Shown here piece by piece: positions 17,423 through 25,625 of a stretch of DNA of 25,625 nucleotides. The position numbers were made by a program, and so were the translations under genes. The stretch's first letter is position 1. Each line of letters opens with the position of its first letter. The notes under the pieces are model-generated. The model was not told where the DNA came from, made no database searches, and saw only the letters and a list, made by a program, of their open reading frames with translations. This stretch comes from Candidatus Bathyarchaeia archaeon (GTDB taxonomy: Archaea > Thermoproteota > Bathyarchaeia > 40CM-2-53-6 > CALIRQ01). The DNA lies in assembly GCA_038847005.1 (NCBI GenBank), contig JAWCOP010000001.1:1-25625 (forward strand), in the 5' to 3' direction.

Positions 17423-18727
17423 ATGCCTAGGGGATCCCCGGGACGGGCGGATATGGATAGGGTTTATTGGAGTTTCATAAAGGATCCCATTTATGGGTAC
17501 ATCAGGATCACCGATGTGGAAAGGGATGTGATCGACAGCCTGCCGGTTCAGAGGCTCAGGAGGATCCGGCAGCTATCCGGCGCCGAGTATGTCTACCCGG
17601 CCGCGAACCACACTAGGTTCGAGCATTCCCTGGGTACGATGTTCCTCGCCGGGGCTTTGGCCGAATCCCTGCCCGTGGGCCTCAGCGAGTTCGAGATCCA
17701 AAGGATGAAACTCGCGGCCCTCCTCCACGACGTCGGGCACGCGCCATTCTCCCACCTTTTGGAGCCCGTCCTGATGAAGTACTTCAACGTCAATCACGAA
17801 ACCATGACCGAGCGCATAATCGCCGAATCCGAGCTGGCCGATATATTGGGGAAACTCGGCTTCGATGCGAAGGGGCTATCGAAGCTCGCCGTGGGGAGGC
17901 TCGAGGAGCCGAATAGGCGATTCTTGGATCAGGTCATAAGGAGCTCCATAGACGTGGATAAGATGGATTTCTTGGTTAGGGATTCGTATCACACGGGCGC
18001 CGGCTATGGCCATTTCGATGTATTCCGCCTGATATATACGATGGACGTACTCGATGACAATTTAGCTGTCGACTTAACGGCCCTCCCGACCCTCGAGGCC
18101 TTCATATTGGCGAGGCTCGAGTCGTTCAGGGCGATATATTTCCATAAGACCTCCAGGGCCGCTCAGCTGATGCTCCTAAAGGCCCTCGAGGCGGCTAAGG
18201 ACGAGATCGGATTGATGGAATTGAGGGATTTGGATCGCTACCTAGCCGCGGACGACGCCTCCATATGGTCGGCCCTTTGCAAATGCGGGGCCTCAGCGCC
18301 TGTTATGGAGGACCTGAGGCGCCGGAGGCTCCTCAAATGCGCTTACGAAAGGACCTTCTTCGTCGAGGAGGAGCTCATATCGAGCCTCCTAACGAACGAG
18401 GGCGTCAGGGCCAAAGTAAGGGAGGAGATATCGGGGGAGGCGGGCCTATCGCCGGATGACGTCTATATAGACGTCCCGACCCTGCCGTCAGTTCCCTATA
18501 ATCGGGCCATGGAGCTGGCCCCCATGGAGATACCCCTCTTCATGAGGGGGAGGGGTGGGAAGAAGGTTTCCAAAAGCCTATCGGAGGTATCCAAGGTCAT
18601 AAGCGTCCTTAGGTCCTTCATGAACATAATCAGGATTTATTCCCCCGAGGAGCATAGGGATTCCGTGGGGAGGGCGGCCGAGAGGGTCCTCGGGAGCCCC
18701 CCCATCTCAAGCGTCGTTTCCTATTAA
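17423..18727 (+). CDS. HD-domain phosphohydrolase (SAMHD1/dNTP triphosphohydrolase-like)
   Basis: IKDPIYGYI, QRLRRIRQL, HTRFEHSLG, LLHDVGHAPFSH and DVDKMDFLVRD motifs. The true start is probably ATG 17453. Confidence 0.93.
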   Translation: MPRGSPGRADMDRVYWSFIKDPIYGYIRITDVERDVIDSLPVQRLRRIRQLSGAEYVYPAANHTRFEHSLGTMFLAGALAESLPVGLSEFEIQRMKLAALLHDVGHAPFSHLLEPVLMKYFNVNHETMTERIIAESELADILGKLGFDAKGLSKLAVGRLEEPNRRFLDQVIRSSIDVDKMDFLVRDSYHTGAGYGHFDVFRLIYTMDVLDDNLAVDLTALPTLEAFILARLESFRAIYFHKTSRAAQLMLLKALEAAKDEIGLMELRDLDRYLAADDASIWSALCKCGASAPVMEDLRRRRLLKCAYERTFFVEEELISSLLTNEGVRAKVREEISGEAGLSPDDVYIDVPTLPSVPYNRAMELAPMEIPLFMRGRGGKKVSKSLSEVSKVISVLRSFMNIIRIYSPEEHRDSVGRAAERVLGSPPISSVVSY

Positions 18728-18747
18728 CCGCTCGGCCGGCGGCCGGG

Positions 18748-18762
18748 GCAACATTTATATCT
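18748..18762 (+). promoter_or_regulatory. rRNA operon promoter (TATA box)
   Basis: CAACATTTATATC, with TTTATAT at 18754-18760, about 260 nt before the 16S 5' end. It is the clearest TATA-like run in this GC-rich gap. Confidence 0.6.
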
Positions 18763-18952
18763 GGATTCCCATAAGGGAGAGATCGGTGCTCGAGGGCCGG
18801 AAGGCCCAACCGCCCGCGGTCTTCCCGGCGGCGGCGTCAACCCGACGATGGGGTAAGTCCCTTGGATGAAGGGTTGACCTCCGATCGCGGGCATAGTTAT
18901 GAGGGCCCAAACAAAATCCGGGGCCTCCCCGGGGGACGTTTGGGTCCGAGAT

Positions 18953-18990
18953 AGGCCCACGATCCTCGCCAAGCTCCGGCTTGGAGCGAT
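18953..18990 (+). other. 5' arm of the 16S pre-rRNA processing stem with a canonical BHB (pairs with 21298-21335)
   Basis: AGGCCCACGATCCT/GGGATCGTGGGCCT outer helix, CGCC/GGCG 4-bp central helix, 3-nt bulges AAG and AAT, CTCCGGCTTGG/CCAAGCCGGAG inner helix. Confidence 0.88.
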
Positions 18991-19341
18991 AGAATTGCGG
19001 CCGGACTCGATCGTCCCAACTCCGCTTGATCCTGGCGGACCCAACTGCTATCGGTGTGAGACTAAGCCATGCGAGTCGCGCGTCCTCGGGCCACGGCGGG
19101 GGCGCGGCGTACGGCTCAGTAACACGTGGCTAACCTGCCCTTGGGACGGGGATAATCCCGGGAAACTGGGGCTAATCCCCGGCGGGGAGGGGGGCCTGGA
19201 ACGGTCCCCTCCCGAAAGGGGCTCGGAACCATGCCTTTCGGGCCTGCCCAAGGATGGGGCCGCGTCCGATCAGGTCGCTGGTGAGGTAACGGCTCACCAG
19301 GCCTATAACCGGTACGGGCCGTGAGAGCGGGAGCCCGGAGA

Positions 19342-19391
<50 letters not shown>

Positions 19392-19400
19392 ACTCCGCAA

Positions 19401-19564
19401 AGGCCGCAGGGGGTTCCCAATGGCTTCAAAAGGCCCTATTTTTTCCAAGCGCTGTCGCCAAAGCAAACTCCGACAGCGATTCATATCCCAAGAAATTCGA
19501 AGGCTCGGGTTCGCGAACCCGAGGCTCGCAATCCTCATCGAATCGAATCCCCGCGGCCGCGGAA
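19401..19564 (+). other. 164-nt BHB intron in 16S rRNA at E. coli position 374
   Basis: Removal restores AACTCCGCAA|TGCGCGAAAGCG. CCGC/GCGG central helix, bulges AA^A and AA^T, inner stem GGCCGC-A-GGGGGTTC/GAATCCCC-GCGGCC. The outer helix is weak (relaxed BHB). Confidence 0.92.
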
Positions 19565-19919
19565 TGCGCGAAAGCGTGACGGGGTCACTCCGAGTGCCGT
19601 CCGCTGAGGGCGGCTTTTGCCCGGTTTAACCAGCCGGGCGAATAAGGGGAGGGCAAGACTGGTGTCAGCCGCCGCGGTAATACCAGCTCCCCGAGTGGTT
19701 GGGACGATTATTGGGTCTAAAGCGTCCGTAGCCGGCCGGAAAAGTCCTCCGTTAAATCCAACGATCCAATCGTTGGGCTGCGGGGGATACTTCCCGGCTC
19801 GGGGGCGGGGGAGGCCGGCGGTATTCCCGGGGTAGGGGCGAAATCCTATAATCCCGGGAGGACCACCAGTGGCGAAGGCGGCCGGCTAAAACGCGCCCGA
19901 CGGTGAGGGACGAAAGCTG

Positions 19920-19953
<34 letters not shown>

Positions 19954-20059
19954 CAGCCGTAAACGATGCAGGCTAGGTGTCGGGATGACCACGAGTCATC
20001 CCGGTGCCGCAGGGAAGCCGTTAAGCCTGCCACCAGGGGAGTACGGCCGCAAGGCTGAA

Positions 20060-20704
<645 letters not shown>

Positions 20705-21123
20705 AAGCTTGCGGTTCAATTGGAGTCAACTCCGGGAACCTTACCAGGGGCGACAGCAGGATGAAGGCCAGATTGAAGGTCTTGCCGGACTAGCTGAGAG
20801 GAGGTGCATGGCCGTCGCCAGTTCGTGCCGTGAGGTGTTCTCTTAAGTGAGACAACGAACGAGACCCGCGCCCTTCGTTGCCAGCGGGATCCGAGAGGAT
20901 CCCGGGCACACCAAGGGGACCGCCTCCGCTAAGGAGGAGGAAGGAGCGGGCCACGGCAGGTCAGTATGCCCCGAATCCCCTGGGCCACACGCGAGCTGCA
21001 ATGGCTGGGACAGAGGGTTCCGACCCCGAGAGGGGGAGGCAATCCCTAAACCCAGCCTCAGTTGGGATCGAGGGCTGCAACTCGCCCTCGTGAACATGGA
21101 ATCCCTAGTAACCGCGCGTCATC

Positions 21124-21174
<51 letters not shown>

Positions 21175-21405
21175 TCCGAGTCCAGCTTGGATGAGGCGCG
21201 GCCGGGTTGGTCGCGTCGAATCCGAGTTGGGCAAGGAGGGAGAAGTCGTAACAAGGTGGCCGTAGGGGAACCTGCGGCCGGATCACCTCCTTAGAAAATC
21301 GCCCCAAGCCGGAGGGCGAATGGGATCGTGGGCCTTTCGCGTTCGCTGGATGCAGCTCCCGAGGATGGCTCGAGGAGCCAAGGGCGGAGCGGCCTTTTGG
21401 GCTCG

Positions 21406-21453
21406 CTATGATCGCCGTGCATACGCCTTCGGACGCCATTCGAGCGTGGGTTC
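21406..21453 (+). other. 5' arm of the 23S pre-rRNA processing stem (pairs with 24554-24605), BHB-like
   Basis: CTATGATCGCCGTGCATACGCCT pairs with AGGCGTATGCGCGGCGATCATGG, and TCGAGCGTGGGTTC pairs with GAGCCCGCGCTCGA. Two 3-nt bulges on opposite strands flank a short, imperfect central helix. Confidence 0.8.
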
Positions 21454-21460
21454 CCGAGTA

Positions 21461-24546
<3,086 letters not shown>

Positions 24547-24644
24547 GAAAAAGGAGCCCGCGCTCGAGCGAAATCCGAAAGGAGGCGTATGCGCGGCGAT
24601 CATGGCAACGACAAGCTTATCCATCGCAAGCCCTAGGGGCGGAT

Positions 24645-24950
24645 GGGGCCGGCGAGCCGGTGGGCGGCCGTCGGGCCTTTTGGCCTGGGGAAACTCCACC
24701 CACGCTGCGGGGGCGCGGCGCCGCGAGGCGCCGGGCGAGAGCCCGTGGCCGGGCATAGAAACGGCACCTGCCGCCGTTCGATGGGGATGGGGCGGCGACG
24801 CCGACGAGGCGGCGGATCAGGCTGAAACCAGCCCGCCCGCGCCGTGAAAGGGCGAGTAGGCGCCTATGAGGACCGCACGAGGCGCGGGTAGCCCGATCAG
24901 ACGGATGCCGCCTAAAACAGAAGGTGGGTTACGGCCGGGACGCCGGCCCC
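24645..24950 (+). ncRNA. rnpB: RNase P RNA (about 306 nt)
   Basis: P1 GGGGCCGGCG/CGCCGGCCCC. P4 GGGGAAACTCCACC pairs with ACAGAAGGTGGGTTA with the diagnostic bulged U. Conserved CATAGAAAC and GCTGAAAC segments of the S-domain are present. Confidence 0.9.
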
Positions 24951-24957
24951 AAACTCC

Positions 24958-24981
24958 ATTTGATTTTATTTTGAATTTTTG
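24958..24981 (+). terminator. T-rich archaeal terminator after rnpB
   Basis: TTTGATTTTATTTTGAATTTTT directly after the P1 3' strand. Confidence 0.6.
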
Positions 24982-25212
24982 CGCTCGCGATGCTCCCGAG
25001 GGGGAGGTCGCCCCGGCCTGACTTCGGCATGGGCCAGAGATTGGCCGCTTTGGATCGAATGCCCTCCCGGCACGCGCTAGGCCGCGGGCAGGCCTTTTGC
25101 CTTCCCTCGTTTTCCACCCCAAAAATCCAATTTTCGGATTATTTTGCCGAAAATATCTCTTCTTTGATTTTCCTCTCCCAGATGGGGCCAGAAATGGACC
25201 CATTTAGGCCCG

Positions 25213-25254
25213 AATTTGATTTATTTGATTTAATTTGATTTCAATCAAGATTTC
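25213..25254. repeat. Short tandem ATTTGATTT repeats in an AT-rich non-coding region
   Basis: gaatttgatttatttgatttaatttgatttcaatcaagatttc: three exact copies plus a partial fourth. Confidence 0.6.
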
Positions 25255-25491
25255 AAACGGGCCCTTTTCGGGACCCCTCCCCCCTATAGGGGGGGTCAAC
25301 GGCGTTATAATCACGCGGTTAAAGGGCCACGGCATCGCCGAACGCCATCCTCGAGTTTGGCCCGAGGGGCACCGATCCATCGCTGGCGTAAGATCCTCGA
25401 AACTCGGCCGGGGGGCCGAAGCTGGTCCAATGGAAAAATGGAATTAACGGATCGCCGAGGGGATGCGTAATAGCGATTCCACTTCCCTAGA

Positions 25492-25506
25492 AAGGCTTAA
25501 TATACA
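25492..25506 (+). promoter_or_regulatory. Candidate promoter for genes running off the right edge
   Basis: AAAGG-CTTAATATAC (BRE/TATA-like), followed by the SD-like GAGGGGTG at 25535-25542. Confidence 0.45.
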
Positions 25507-25625
25507 TCGGGCGGGACGATCTCCACCTTCGATAGAGGGGTGGCGATAATGGGCGGGATGGGCATGGGCCGTTATGGCGCGCTGATCGACGGCGCCCTCC
25601 CGCCCATCGTATGGGAATGAGGGTG

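Noticed and set aside
33-18459. Antisense and alternate-frame ORFs overlapping the called genes (e.g. 2095-2658 -, 5265-6068 -, 8602-9126 -, 13134-13718 +)
   Set aside because: They are shadow ORFs of GC-rich genes with low-complexity Pro/Arg/Ser/Gly content and no family motifs.
21293-21460. tRNA-Ala in the 16S-23S spacer
   Set aside because: No cloverleaf or T-loop motif. The 168-nt spacer is explained by the two processing-stem arms and a short linker.
24547-24950. 5S rRNA or SRP RNA after the 23S
   Set aside because: No 5S or SRP signature. The structured RNA has the P4 pseudoknot and P1 helix of RNase P RNA.
25549-25620. 23-codon ORF (MGGMGMGRYGALIDGALPPIVWE*) with an SD and an ATGA overlap to an ORF starting at 25617
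   Set aside because: Too short to support, and the downstream gene is cut off after three codons. It could be a leader peptide or chance.

Overview
Archaeal, GC-rich window, probably from a thermophilic TACK-group organism (Bathyarchaeia-like; inferred from rRNA signatures and gene content, not from a database search). The left part has a lipoate assembly cluster (ubiquitin-like sulfur carrier, split lipoate ligase, LipS2 and LipS1 radical SAM enzymes), an AT-rich patch, a secreted two-repeat protein and dihydrolipoamide dehydrogenase. The middle has a Na+/solute symporter with an amidohydrolase, a vapBC pair, an MFS transporter, OsmC, a KaiC/RAD55-like ATPase, a cation:proton antiporter, a large Ig-fold surface protein, a nitrilase-family enzyme and an HD phosphohydrolase. 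The right part is a 16S-23S rRNA operon with no tRNA in the spacer and no linked 5S, followed directly by the RNase P RNA gene. The rRNA genes carry three bulge-helix-bulge (BHB) introns: 164 nt at 16S position 374, 608 nt with a LAGLIDADG homing endonuclease at 16S position 908, and 26 nt at 23S position 1927 (E. coli numbering, aligned by eye). The most notable signals are a heavily substituted but partly compensated peptidyl-transferase centre, a 164-nt intron with no sense-strand stop codon in any frame, a homing-endonuclease ORF whose stop codon lies in the exon, and rnpB apparently attached to the rRNA operon. All alignments and RNA pairings were done manually.
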